The notes under the pieces: model-generated
What the model saw: the letters and a program-made list of their open reading frames with translations, nothing else
Database searches by the model: none
Told to the model about the DNA's origin: nothing
Assembly: GCA_963790265.1 (NCBI GenBank)
Contig: CAWBNT010000001.1
Coordinates: 1,928,503-1,992,502 of the forward strand
Direction: 5' to 3'
Length of the DNA: 64,000 nt
Source: an uncultured Actinomycetota bacterium
GTDB taxonomy: Bacteria; Actinomycetota; Thermoleophilia; Solirubrobacterales; Solirubrobacteraceae
Program-made: the position numbers and the translations under genes
Shown here: piece by piece, positions 1 through 8,823 of the stretch
Layout: every line of letters begins with the position of its first letter
How positions within the stretch are numbered: the stretch's first letter is position 1

Positions 1-2745
1 GTCTTTGATTTCGGCTTCGACGGTGCCTTTGGCGCGTTCGATGTTGGTGAGGCCGCCCGCCTGGTTGTAGGTGTAGGCGGTTAATGGTTCGCCTGATTTG
101 GGTTCGGTTCTTGTGCGCTGGCCGTCTTCGTTGTAGACGTATTTGGCTTCCGAGCTTTCTTTGAGCTCATCGGCTTCGTTGTATAAGTAGCCAGCGGTGC
201 CCTCGATCTTGGTGGGGTTATTGGCTTTGTCGTATTCGTATTTGAGAGTAGCCGCTTCGATCAGGCGATCGTTTTCGTCGTAGACCGTTTTGTTGGAGGT
301 GGCGCCAGGGAGGCCGGTGCTGGTCGTGTTTGTGACCTGCCCATCTCCGTCGCGTTCGTAGGCGAGGCTGGCTAAGACGCTTGCTTTCCTGAGCATCTTG
401 ACTTCGGTCATCTGGTCGGCATGGTTGTAGACGTATTCGTCGGTCTCTTCTGTGCCGGTGGGGAATAACGCCTTTTCGAGCTGCCCATCAGAGTTGTAGT
501 CAAAGCTCGTGACGTTGCCTTTGAAGTCAGTGACCTTTTCCAGCAGGTCGTCTTTGTTGTATTCGCGGGTGATGTGTTCGCCGTTAGGATAGGTGATCTT
601 GGTCGGGAGATTGACGAGGTCGTATTCGTATTCGACGGTCTTGCCCGCGCCGCTCTTGTATTTGGTGAGCCGGTCAAGCTTGTCCCACGTATTTTCGGTT
701 AACCCAGTTTCGTCTTTCATCATCGTGACCTTGCTGTCTTTATTGTATTCAAAGGTCACTTCGGATGGTTTCCCGGTCGAGTATTTGACGCTCTTCAGCC
801 GGTTCGATTCATCGTAGGCGTAGCGGGTTAAGTTTTTTTCGGGGTCTTCCGCTAATTCGAGATCGCCGGCCTTTTCATAAGCCTTCTTCCATGTCTTCCC
901 AAGCGGGTTCTTTTCTTCGGTGATCTGCTCAAGCTGGTTACGTTTGTATTCCCATACATGTTTGCTGCCGTCGGTATGGCTGATCATCTGACCTTCGCTG
1001 TCATACCCCGTTTCGACTAATGTTTTGTTGGGTTCTTCGATCCTGGTGCGCAGGTTTTCTTCGTTATAGGTATTTCGGGTGGTGTGTTTGTTGCCATCGG
1101 TTTCGCTTTCGACGTTCCCGTTGCCGTCATAGGCGTATTCGGTTAAGTGACCCAGAGGGTCGGTGATCCGTGTCGGCCAGCCCTGTTCGTTGCGTTCGAT
1201 CGTTGTCGTATAGCCTCTGGGGCTGGTTTCTTCGGTGACCTGGGAGTCTTTGTTGTATTTCCATTTGCGTTCCTGGCCTTCTGCCAGTAATTCCATTTCC
1301 TTGTCACCAGCAGCGTCATAGGTGTACTTTGTGGCATGCCCAAGCGGATCGATTTCTTCAGTCAATTCTCCATCAGACCCGTACTTGTATTCGGTCTTCT
1401 GCGTTTCCGAGCCAATTGGACGTTCAGTCGTTTCCGGTTCGCCGTCCGCGTTGCGTTTGATCGTCGTCGTCTCGCCTTCGGGCGTCGTTTCTTTGACCGC
1501 ATTGTGTTTTTTGTCGAATTCCCATTTGCGTTCGTCGCCGTTGGGATCCTTTTCGCTGGTCCGATTGCCTTCGCTGTCATACCCGTATTCCGTGACGTGT
1601 TTATTCGGGTCGATCAGCTTCGTCAGCTCATACGTCGACGCGTTATATTCATATTCAGTCGTCGTTTCAACGCTCGTGCCCTTCGCCCGCGTGACCTTCG
1701 TCGGCTCCCCAGCCGTGTTGAACGTATCTAACGTTTCAGACCCGTTCGGTTCGATCAGCTTCGTTTCATCCGTGCCATATAACCACTTGCGTTCATGGCC
1801 ACCGATCGTCTCTTTCGTTGCCTGATGAGAACCGTTGTATTCGATCGTTATCGCATGCCCGCGCCCATCGACGATACTTTTCAACAAATGTGATTCGTAG
1901 CTGAATTCCCAACGCACTTTGCTTTCAATCGTCACGCTTAACAAATTCCCCGCCGAGTACGCATATTTGACGACATGGCTCATCGGGTCTGTCACGCTTT
2001 CCACTAACCCCGCGCCCGTGTATTTGAACGTCAATAACCGGCCATCGCCGTCCGCGACCTTTTCCAACTGATGCGAACCGTTATAGGTAAACGCGTTCGA
2101 ATTGCCATCACGTTCGGTTTCCTTCACCAGCCGGCCTTCGCTGTTGAATTCGAGCCGCGTCTGTTCAGGCAACGTGTATAAATAGTTCGAGCCTTCCTTC
2201 GCAAGGCGCGCCTGCGTCCAACCACCCTGCGTATATTCACTACCGCTTTTATAAAACACCACACTGCTACCATCTTCCTGTAACACCGTAGCCGTTTCAC
2301 TAGCCACTAAAAGACTCGCATCATAAGGACCCGACCAACCATAACCCCACAACCCCGGCCCCGACGCTTCCGCCGCCGAAAAACCATCATAGCTACGCGT
2401 CACACGCAAACCTGGACCACGCCCACCAACCGCCACATCCGCCTGCTGCTCAGTCTCATCCCCCGTCGCACAATCAACCGCTTTACCACATTCCACCTTT
2501 TCAAGATAAGGATTCGCCGGGTTTTTCCCTGGCCCTTTCACTTCCCCCTTCGGCGGCGCAACCGGCGGCCCACCACCACCTTCACACGCCGACGCAGACA
2601 CCCCCAACACAGCAAGACTCAAAAGCAACGCCGCGCCACCAGCCAACACCAGCCCAACCCACCGCACTCGGCCACCAACCCCAACAAGCCACGACACACA
2701 GCCACGATCCCGTATCGATAACCCTTCCTCACCATAACCGGACAT
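1..2745 (-). CDS. Secreted RHS/YD-repeat protein with DUF6531-like N-terminal domain (3' end runs off the window)
   Basis: Not in the ORF track. Manual translation from the ATG at 2745 (GAGGGGG upstream) gives MSGYGEEG...LLLSLAVLGVSASACEGGGG (signal peptide), then KAVDCATGDETEQQADVAVGGRGPGLRVTRSYDG...LWGYGWS (DUF6531-like) and many YD repeats (TEYGYDSEGNRTSEKDPNG, TKYTYDAAGD, TEYAYDGNGNVESETDGN). The frame is open to base 1. Confidence 0.92.
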   Translation of the reverse strand, partial: MSGYGEEGLSIRDRGCVSWLVGVGGRVRWVGLVLAGGAALLLSLAVLGVSASACEGGGGPPVAPPKGEVKGPGKNPANPYLEKVECGKAVDCATGDETEQQADVAVGGRGPGLRVTRSYDGFSAAEASGPGLWGYGWSGPYDASLLVASETATVLQEDGSSVVFYKSGSEYTQGGWTQARLAKEGSNYLYTLPEQTRLEFNSEGRLVKETERDGNSNAFTYNGSHQLEKVADGDGRLLTFKYTGAGLVESVTDPMSHVVKYAYSAGNLLSVTIESKVRWEFSYESHLLKSIVDGRGHAITIEYNGSHQATKETIGGHERKWLYGTDETKLIEPNGSETLDTFNTAGEPTKVTRAKGTSVETTTEYEYNASTYELTKLIDPNKHVTEYGYDSEGNRTSEKDPNGDERKWEFDKKHNAVKETTPEGETTTIKRNADGEPETTERPIGSETQKTEYKYGSDGELTEEIDPLGHATKYTYDAAGDKEMELLAEGQERKWKYNKDSQVTEETSPRGYTTTIERNEQGWPTRITDPLGHLTEYAYDGNGNVESETDGNKHTTRNTYNEENLRTRIEEPNKTLVETGYDSEGQMISHTDGSKHVWEYKRNQLEQITEEKNPLGKTWKKAYEKAGDLELAEDPEKNLTRYAYDESNRLKSVKYSTGKPSEVTFEYNKDSKVTMMKDETGLTENTWDKLDRLTKYKSGAGKTVEYEYDLVNLPTKITYPNGEHITREYNKDDLLEKVTDFKGNVTSFDYNSDGQLEKALFPTGTEETDEYVYNHADQMTEVKMLRKASVLASLAYERDGDGQVTNTTSTGLPGATSNKTVYDENDRLIEAATLKYEYDKANNPTKIEGTAGYLYNEADELKESSEAKYVYNEDGQRTRTEPKSGEPLTAYTYNQAGGLTNIERAKGTVEAEIKD

Positions 2746-3138
2746 CGATCCCCCTCACAGAAAGTGCACCAAAAAGACCTTATGGAGAGGCAAGCCAAGC
2801 TTGCCAACCAAACCACGCACAACGCTACCCAAAACACACTCACGCGCAAAACCAGCACCCACACCAGCCAGCCAACCAAGCCACAACCCCAATACCAAAG
2901 CCAAATCCCACCCCCACAAACACACACCACCAACCAACACCTTCGTTTCCCATTCATCCAGCACCAACAGCACCAACACCCACAAATACAGGGAAACCCC
3001 ACGTATAGCGCCCAATGCGTCCCAACGCGCTGCGCATTCACCACAGAGCAGGACTGTTTCCCACTCCTTGACTTCGAGCGCTTCCACCACGACACTGACG
3101 AGACCCGCCGCTCCTGCGGGTAGCAGAAGGGATCAAGA

Positions 3139-3993
3139 TTGGGACGTCCAAAGCAAAAACTGCCAAGATCGCTTGCGGGACCAGGACGGCCCTATCATGC
3201 GCGCGCTTCAAGGCGCAAGCCGCTGCAAGCTCGTCTTAGGTCCCGAGGAGTGCTCACAACGGCAGCGACCTTCGCAATCCTAACGCTGGCGAGCAGCCTG
3301 ATCCTCGCTGTGTTCGGCGAAAGCAGTCAAGCGGCCAGGCAGCACCGCGTAGACCACACAGTCAACACGATGCTCGGCGGCATCCCACAGCACGACAGCA
3401 CCCTCGGCAAGCCCACCGCCCCGTACACGCTGCAGGTCTTCGCCGACCTGGAGTGCCACGATTCCCGCAACTGGTTCACCAAATACATGCCGGCCATCAT
3501 CCAGCAGCTCGTCCGCCCGGGCATCCTGAAGATCCAATACCGCTCGCTCAAGACAGACACGATCTGGCCGACGATCTTCGTGAACCAGCAGACCGCAGCC
3601 TTAGCCGCCGGCGCGCAGGACAAGATGTGGAACTACATCGAGACCTTCTACCACGAGCAAGGCACCGAGTACACCAAGTACGCCACCGAAAGTTACCTCA
3701 ACGACCTCGCCCGGCAAGTCCCTGGCCTGAACCTCGAGCAATGGCACGCCGACCGTCAGGACGGTCGGCGCTCGGAACAAGTCACCGCAGACGATCAGAC
3801 CGCCAGAGAGCTCGGCTTCCACGACACCCCCAGCTTCCGCATAGGACCGAGCGGCGGAAAGCTGCAAAACCTCACAGGACCCAGCTCGATCCTCTACGTA
3901 GGACAAAAGCACCCTGTATCGCTGGTCTACGCTGAAGACATCAAGGTTGCCATCAGCACCCTGGCCACATCCAAGCATTCAAGTCACGGGTAG
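3139..3993 (+). CDS. DsbA/thioredoxin-fold membrane-anchored protein (true start probably near 3250)
   Basis: GIPQHDSTLGKPTAPYTLQVFADLECHDS, AAGAQDKMWNYIETFYHEQG, cis-Pro loop DTPSF; N-terminal hydrophobic anchor. Confidence 0.85.
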   Translation: MGRPKQKLPRSLAGPGRPYHARASRRKPLQARLRSRGVLTTAATFAILTLASSLILAVFGESSQAARQHRVDHTVNTMLGGIPQHDSTLGKPTAPYTLQVFADLECHDSRNWFTKYMPAIIQQLVRPGILKIQYRSLKTDTIWPTIFVNQQTAALAAGAQDKMWNYIETFYHEQGTEYTKYATESYLNDLARQVPGLNLEQWHADRQDGRRSEQVTADDQTARELGFHDTPSFRIGPSGGKLQNLTGPSSILYVGQKHPVSLVYAEDIKVAISTLATSKHSSHG

Positions 3994-4040
3994 CAGCGAC
4001 ACGTCATCGGCACGCCTTCCATCCCAAGCCATGGGCATGC

Positions 4041-4526
4041 TTGGAAAGCATCACCCTCGTCGACCCTCATACCCCGCCGCCGGGCAGGCGGCGTCGCGAT
4101 GACCCCCGCCGCGTCCTCGGCAGGCTCGGCGAGAGCCTGGCCGCCACCCATCTCGAGCGCCGCGGCTTCAGGATCCTCGATCGCAACTTCCGCACCCGTT
4201 ACGGCGAGATCGACCTAATCGCATACGACGGCACGACGCTCGCCTTTGTAGAGGTCAAGACGCGCCGCTCACGCGCACCGGCGCGACCGCGGCAAGACGC
4301 CGCCGGTGAGCGCACCGCATGCTCAGAGCCCGGAGATCCCGCTCTGCAACCGCTGGAGGGCCTTCGCCATCGACAGAGAGCACGCCAGCGCCGCCTCGCG
4401 AGCGCTTGGCTTGCAGGCCGCTCACCTTCTCCGCACGCTCGCGACCTGCGCTTCGACGCAGTCGGCATCGTAGTCGATCGAGAGGACCGCCTCCTGCGCC
4501 TGGATCACGTGGAAGGCGCCTGGTGA
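4041..4526 (+). CDS. yraN: YraN/UPF0102 family putative endonuclease
   Basis: LGRLGESLAATHL, ILDRNFRTRYGEIDLIA, FVEVKTR, LRFDAVGI, HVEGAW. Confidence 0.9.
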   Translation: MESITLVDPHTPPPGRRRRDDPRRVLGRLGESLAATHLERRGFRILDRNFRTRYGEIDLIAYDGTTLAFVEVKTRRSRAPARPRQDAAGERTACSEPGDPALQPLEGLRHRQRARQRRLASAWLAGRSPSPHARDLRFDAVGIVVDREDRLLRLDHVEGAW

Positions 4527-4535
4527 GAAGATGCG

Positions 4536-4736
4536 ATGACTTCCGGAGGCGATTTCAACAGGATCAGGCGACGCGCCGAACGCCAGGAATGGCGTGTGCA
4601 GAAGAGGAAGGAATATTGGCTTTTCTTCCCGCCACACGGCAAAGATGCGCCGTGCCGCATCGCTGGCACCCCCTCCTCGTCGCGCTCGCTGACGAACTTC
4701 ATCGCCTGCTTGAGGCGAAAGGGCTATAACGCATGA
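4536..4736 (+). CDS. HicA-like small basic protein (putative toxin)
   Basis: 66 aa with WRV...WLFFPP...GTPS..RSLTNFIACLRRKG, the pattern of actinobacterial/phage HicA-like proteins; overlaps the next ORF (ATGA). Confidence 0.6.
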   Translation: MTSGGDFNRIRRRAERQEWRVQKRKEYWLFFPPHGKDAPCRIAGTPSSSRSLTNFIACLRRKGYNA

Positions 4737-5017
4737 GGATGGAGTTCCGGTCTGGATCTCGATTGCCGAAATGCCCTTCCAGGAGGAAGAGCAGTGGCTG
4801 CCGTTCATTGAGCATCTGGAGAAGGAGCATCCAGAGCTTGGCCCCATCGCCTCGTGGGACGATGATTCTCGTGCTCGCAAGCGAGCAGACAGATCACGCA
4901 GCTGCCGCCGAGCTGGCGGCAGGCGCTGTCAGCTCGGCTCTGCACGCCACCGCGTTGGCCGACCGCTTCCCGTCCGTCTTCCGCGTCGAGCCGGTGGCAG
5001 GCACACTGGCCGCCTAG
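4733..5017 (+). CDS. Putative HicB-like antitoxin partner, apparently with two compensating frameshifts
   Basis: Joining frames gives MEFRVWISIAEMPFQEEEQWLPFIEHLEKEHPELGPIASWD..MILVLASEQTDHAAAAELAAGAVSSAL...; acidic and translationally coupled to the HicA-like ORF. Confidence 0.4.
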   Translation: MRMEFRSGSRLPKCPSRRKSSGCRSLSIWRRSIQSLAPSPRGTMILVLASEQTDHAAAAELAAGAVSSALHATALADRFPSVFRVEPVAGTLAA

Positions 5018-5018
5018 C

Positions 5019-5287
5019 TGTAGGTACCGGGAAGGTTGGTGCGCTCGTTGAGGCGAGTGATCGGGGGCTTGTGGCTGAGGGCTGAGTGTTTTCGGTGATG
5101 GTTGTAGTAGAAGAGCCATCCGTCAAGGGCTGCGGTGCGCTCGGTGCTGTTGCGGTAGATCGCGCCGTAGGCCCAGCCGCCGAGCATAGTGCGGATGAAC
5201 CGCTCTGCCTTGCCATTGGTTTGGGGGCGGTAAGGACGGGTGCGCAGGTGGCGGATACCGAGCATGCGGCAGGCGATCGCGTGCACG
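5019..5287 (-). mobile_element. Truncated IS481-family copy (3' end of the transposase plus terminal repeat)
   Basis: 5048-5287 is identical to 10711-10950; encodes HLRTRPYRPQTNGKAERFIRT...NERTNLPGTYS*. Confidence 0.92.
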
Positions 5288-5339
5288 GACAGGGATCGGT
5301 CGAAGCGAGCGGACGTCGCCGGTCGGCCGGCTCTGACGG

Positions 5340-5387
5340 CGAATAGGCCATCTGGCCGATGTAATCCACCGCACGGTACGGCAGGCT
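5340..5387 (+). promoter_or_regulatory. Putative operator plus -10 box of the cyclase-LuxR gene
   Basis: CGAATAGGCCATCTGGCCGATGTA, an 18-nt spacer, then CAGGCT just before ATGATG; the motif recurs at 8824. Confidence 0.6.
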
Positions 5388-5391
5388 TGGG

Positions 5392-8300
5392 ATGATGGAC
5401 GAGGCGATCATGATTCCGGTGGGCGGAGTTGATCAGGACGCGGTGGCGATCGTCCCGACTGGGACGGTGACGTTCGTGCTGACCGATGTCGAGCGCTCGA
5501 CCTTGTTGTGGGAAGAGCGGGGCGAGGTGATGGCGGGGGTGATGGCGCGCTGCCACGACCTGCTCGCCGAGACTATGCAGGCGCGTGGCGGGGTGCTTCC
5601 GGAGGAGCAGGGAGAGGGTGACAGTGCGGTCGGCGTGTTCGTGCGAGCGTCGGATGCGGTTGCATGCGCACTCGATCTGCAGCGGGCGTTGAGAAGCGAG
5701 CCGTGGCCTGAGCGTGTGGATCTGCGCGTGCGTGTGGCGTTGCACACTGGGGACGCGGTGTTGCGCGATCCGCGTAACTACACAGGTCCCTCGATCCATC
5801 GCTGTGCTCGGCTGCGGGCGATCGGACATGGCGGGCAGACGCTGCTGTCGCGCTCGACGTATGAGCTGGTGGCAGGTGGTCTGCCCGAAGGAGTGAGCGT
5901 GCGTGACCTCGGTGCGCATCGGCTGCGCGATCTGGCGCGGCCGGAGCAGGTGTACCAGCTGTGCCACGCGGATCTACACGACGACTTCCCGGCGCTGCGC
6001 TCGCTGTCAGCCCTCCCGAACAATCTGCCCGTCCAGCTCACCAGCTTCGTTGGCCGCGAGGCCGAGATCATGGAGGTCCGCGAGTTGCTCAGCCGATCGC
6101 GCCTGCTTACTCTGACCGGCGCGGGCGGATGCGGGAAGACACGGCTAGCATTGCAGGTGGCTGCCGAGGCGCTTGACGATCACCCTGATGGTGTGTGGTG
6201 GGTGGATCTGGCGCCAATCAGCGATTCGGCGCTGGTGGCCAGCGAGGTTGCGAGCGCGCTTTCGATTCGCGAGTTCCCGTCGCAGCCGGTGACCGACACG
6301 CTGACGGCGCAGCTCGCCGAGCGCCGGTTGTTGATCGCACTCGACAACTGCGAGCACCTGCTGGGCGCGTGCGCCGAGTTGGCGGCCAGGCTGCTCGAGG
6401 CGTGCCCTGGTGTTGTGATTGTGGCGACGAGCCGCGAGTCGCTGGGGGTCGAGGGAGAGCAGAGCTGGCGGGTTCCCTCGCTGCAGGTTCCGGAAGCCGA
6501 GCTGGCACGAGCCGCGCTCGAGGATGTCGAAGCAATCCAGCTGTTCTGCGATCGGGCGCGACACGTGCGACCAAATTTCCGTTTGGTCGACGCAAACGCG
6601 CAGGCGGTGGCAACGATCTGTCGGCGCCTGGACGGAATCCCCCTGGCGATCGAGCTGGCGGCGGCACGTGTACGGCTGCTGACGCCGCAGGAGATCGCCG
6701 ACGCAATGCGCGAGCGGTTCGTGCTGCTGACGGGGGGCTCACGCACAGCGATGCCACGGCAGCGCACCCTCGAGGCCTCGGTCGATTGGAGCCACGACCT
6801 GCTCAGCGCGGCGGAGCAAACACTATTCCGGCGCATTTCCGTATTCGCCGGCGGCTGGACGCTCGATGGGGTCGAGGCGGTTTGCGCCAGCGGTGGCCTA
6901 GAGGTCGTTGAGATCCTCGACCTGCTCGCGAGCCTCGTTGACAAGTCGCTGGTGCAAGTCGAGGAGCAAGGCGTCAAGACTCGCTACGCGCTGCTGGAGA
7001 CCGTCCGTGCGTACGCGCGGACGAAGCTCAGCGACGCCGCCGAGGCGACGCTCGTGCGCAACCAGCACCTCGACTACCACCTGCGGCTTGCCGAGACCGC
7101 AGAGCCGGACCTGTTCGGGGCGCGCCTGGAGCAGTGGCTCGGGCCGCTCACGACAGAGCTCGACAACTTCCGCGGCGCACTCGGGTGGGCGGTCGATGCG
7201 GGGCGCGTCGAGGAGGCTCTACGCCTCGCCGCTGCGCTGTGGTTGTTCTTCGAGGCTCGTGGCCACTGGCGCGAGGGCAAGGGGCACCTCGAGTCGGCGC
7301 TCGCCGGGGAGGGTGCAAGCGCGCTCCCTCGGGCAAAGGCGCTGATCGCTGTGGGCCACATCGGGACGATCGAAACCGACTGGGTGGCGACGCGGCGCTT
7401 TGCCGAGGAGGCGCTTGCGATTGGGCGTGAAGTGGGCGACGAGGGCACGGTCGGTCGAGCGCTCGATCTGATCGGGTGGGCGCTGATCTCGCTCGAGCCG
7501 GAGGCTGCCATGCCCGTGCTCGAGGAGAGCATCGCCATCACCCGCCCACGCGGGGACGCCTGGTTTCTGGCCGATGCGCTCTACGGAGCCGGCTTTCTTG
7601 CAAACGTTGGCGGGTGGCTGAAGGCAGCGCCGCCGCTGCTCGAAGACGCCCTGGCGGTATCGCGTGCGGCGGGCAACCTGCTCGGTATCCGTGAGTCGCT
7701 CACCTGGCTCGGCGGCAACGCGGCGGGGCGGTGTCAATTCGCGGAGGCGGAGGCGATGCTGGGGGAGGCTCTCGCGCAGTCGCGTTCGCTCGGCGACCCG
7801 CTGTTCGCGATGGTCGATCTCGGGTTCCTTGGTTTCACCAAGATCCGCACCGGGGAGTGGGCGGCCGCGCGAGCGCACATCGAGGAGACGATCACCTTGG
7901 GCGTGAGTATGGCCCACGACGCCACGCCACTGATGCAGTGGTACCTGGGACTGCTGGAGTACGCCACCGGCGAGCTCGAGCGCGCGGAGGCGCTGATGAG
8001 CGAGGCGTTGCCGGCGGCGCGCGCCAACAACTACACCTCTTTCACCGTCGGCGCGCTGCTCATCACAGCAGCCGCCCAGCTGGCGCGCGGAGAGACGGCG
8101 CCGGCCGTGGCCGCGATCGAAGAAGCGGCGCTCGTCGCGCGCGAGAGCGGGAACCCGCTGGCGATCGGGGCCGCACTCGAGGCACAGGCGCAGCTCGCAC
8201 GCGCGGCCGACGAGGTCTCCGCAGCTGAGCAGCTGCTACACGAGGCGCTGCGCGCCTTCCATGACGCCGGCGACCCGGGTGGCGTCGCGGACGTGCTGGA

Positions 8301-8760
8301 GTCGCTCGCTGCGCTCGTCCGCGAGCTGCAGAACGAAGAGCAGGCCGTTCGGTTGCTGGGCGCGGCAGATACCATTCGCGCCGACCTGGGCTGCGTGCGC
8401 TTCCCGGTGCGTCAGCCACTCTACGAAGCGGAGCTCAGCGCGCTGCGCGAGACGCTCAGTGAGGAGGCTTTCGCGGCGGCCTGGTCAGCCGGCGCCTCGC
8501 TGTCGCTCGATGATGCGGTCGCCTACGCGGAGCGTGGCCGTGGAGAGCGCAAACGGCCGTTGCGCGGTTGGGAGAGCCTGAGCCCGGCCGAGCTGCGAGT
8601 CGTGCAGCTCGTCGCCGAGGGCCTGACCAACCCTCAGATCGGCGAGCGCCTGTTCATCTCGCCCCGTACCGTCCAGGCTCACCTGTCCCATGTGTTCGCC
8701 AAGCTCGCCGTCTCATCGCGCACCGAGCTCGCAGCGCAAGCGGCGCGAAGAGAGATCTAG
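5392..8760 (+). CDS. Class III nucleotide cyclase / NB-ARC (STAND) ATPase / TPR / LuxR-HTH transcriptional regulator (Rv0386/Rv2488c-like)
   Basis: TVTFVLTDVERST, EQGEGDS, VALHTGD, NLPVQLTSFVGRE, Walker A GAGGCGKT, LDNCEHL, LDGIPLAIELAAAR; C-terminal LSPAELRVVQLVAEGLTNPQIGERLFISPRTVQAHL. Confidence 0.95.
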   Translation: MMDEAIMIPVGGVDQDAVAIVPTGTVTFVLTDVERSTLLWEERGEVMAGVMARCHDLLAETMQARGGVLPEEQGEGDSAVGVFVRASDAVACALDLQRALRSEPWPERVDLRVRVALHTGDAVLRDPRNYTGPSIHRCARLRAIGHGGQTLLSRSTYELVAGGLPEGVSVRDLGAHRLRDLARPEQVYQLCHADLHDDFPALRSLSALPNNLPVQLTSFVGREAEIMEVRELLSRSRLLTLTGAGGCGKTRLALQVAAEALDDHPDGVWWVDLAPISDSALVASEVASALSIREFPSQPVTDTLTAQLAERRLLIALDNCEHLLGACAELAARLLEACPGVVIVATSRESLGVEGEQSWRVPSLQVPEAELARAALEDVEAIQLFCDRARHVRPNFRLVDANAQAVATICRRLDGIPLAIELAAARVRLLTPQEIADAMRERFVLLTGGSRTAMPRQRTLEASVDWSHDLLSAAEQTLFRRISVFAGGWTLDGVEAVCASGGLEVVEILDLLASLVDKSLVQVEEQGVKTRYALLETVRAYARTKLSDAAEATLVRNQHLDYHLRLAETAEPDLFGARLEQWLGPLTTELDNFRGALGWAVDAGRVEEALRLAAALWLFFEARGHWREGKGHLESALAGEGASALPRAKALIAVGHIGTIETDWVATRRFAEEALAIGREVGDEGTVGRALDLIGWALISLEPEAAMPVLEESIAITRPRGDAWFLADALYGAGFLANVGGWLKAAPPLLEDALAVSRAAGNLLGIRESLTWLGGNAAGRCQFAEAEAMLGEALAQSRSLGDPLFAMVDLGFLGFTKIRTGEWAAARAHIEETITLGVSMAHDATPLMQWYLGLLEYATGELERAEALMSEALPAARANNYTSFTVGALLITAAAQLARGETAPAVAAIEEAALVARESGNPLAIGAALEAQAQLARAADEVSAAEQLLHEALRAFHDAGDPGGVADVLESLAALVRELQNEEQAVRLLGAADTIRADLGCVRFPVRQPLYEAELSALRETLSEEAFAAAWSAGASLSLDDAVAYAERGRGERKRPLRGWESLSPAELRVVQLVAEGLTNPQIGERLFISPRTVQAHLSHVFAKLAVSSRTELAAQAARREI

Positions 8761-8823
8761 CTGTAGCACCTAGGAACGTTCGAGCCGGCAACACTGGCAC
8801 CGAATACGCCACTGCTGCCGGCT

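Noticed and set aside
2619-3283. Overlapping ORFs in the RHS-DsbA intergenic region (e.g. 2755-3090 minus)
   Set aside because: Low-complexity V/L/G/W or T/H/Q/P translations are expected from the extreme skew; no family motifs.
5014-5967. 317-aa minus-strand ORF ending in transposase sequence, a possible fusion gene
   Set aside because: The N-terminal part is the antisense shadow of the cyclase gene; only the last 90 or so codons are IS-derived.
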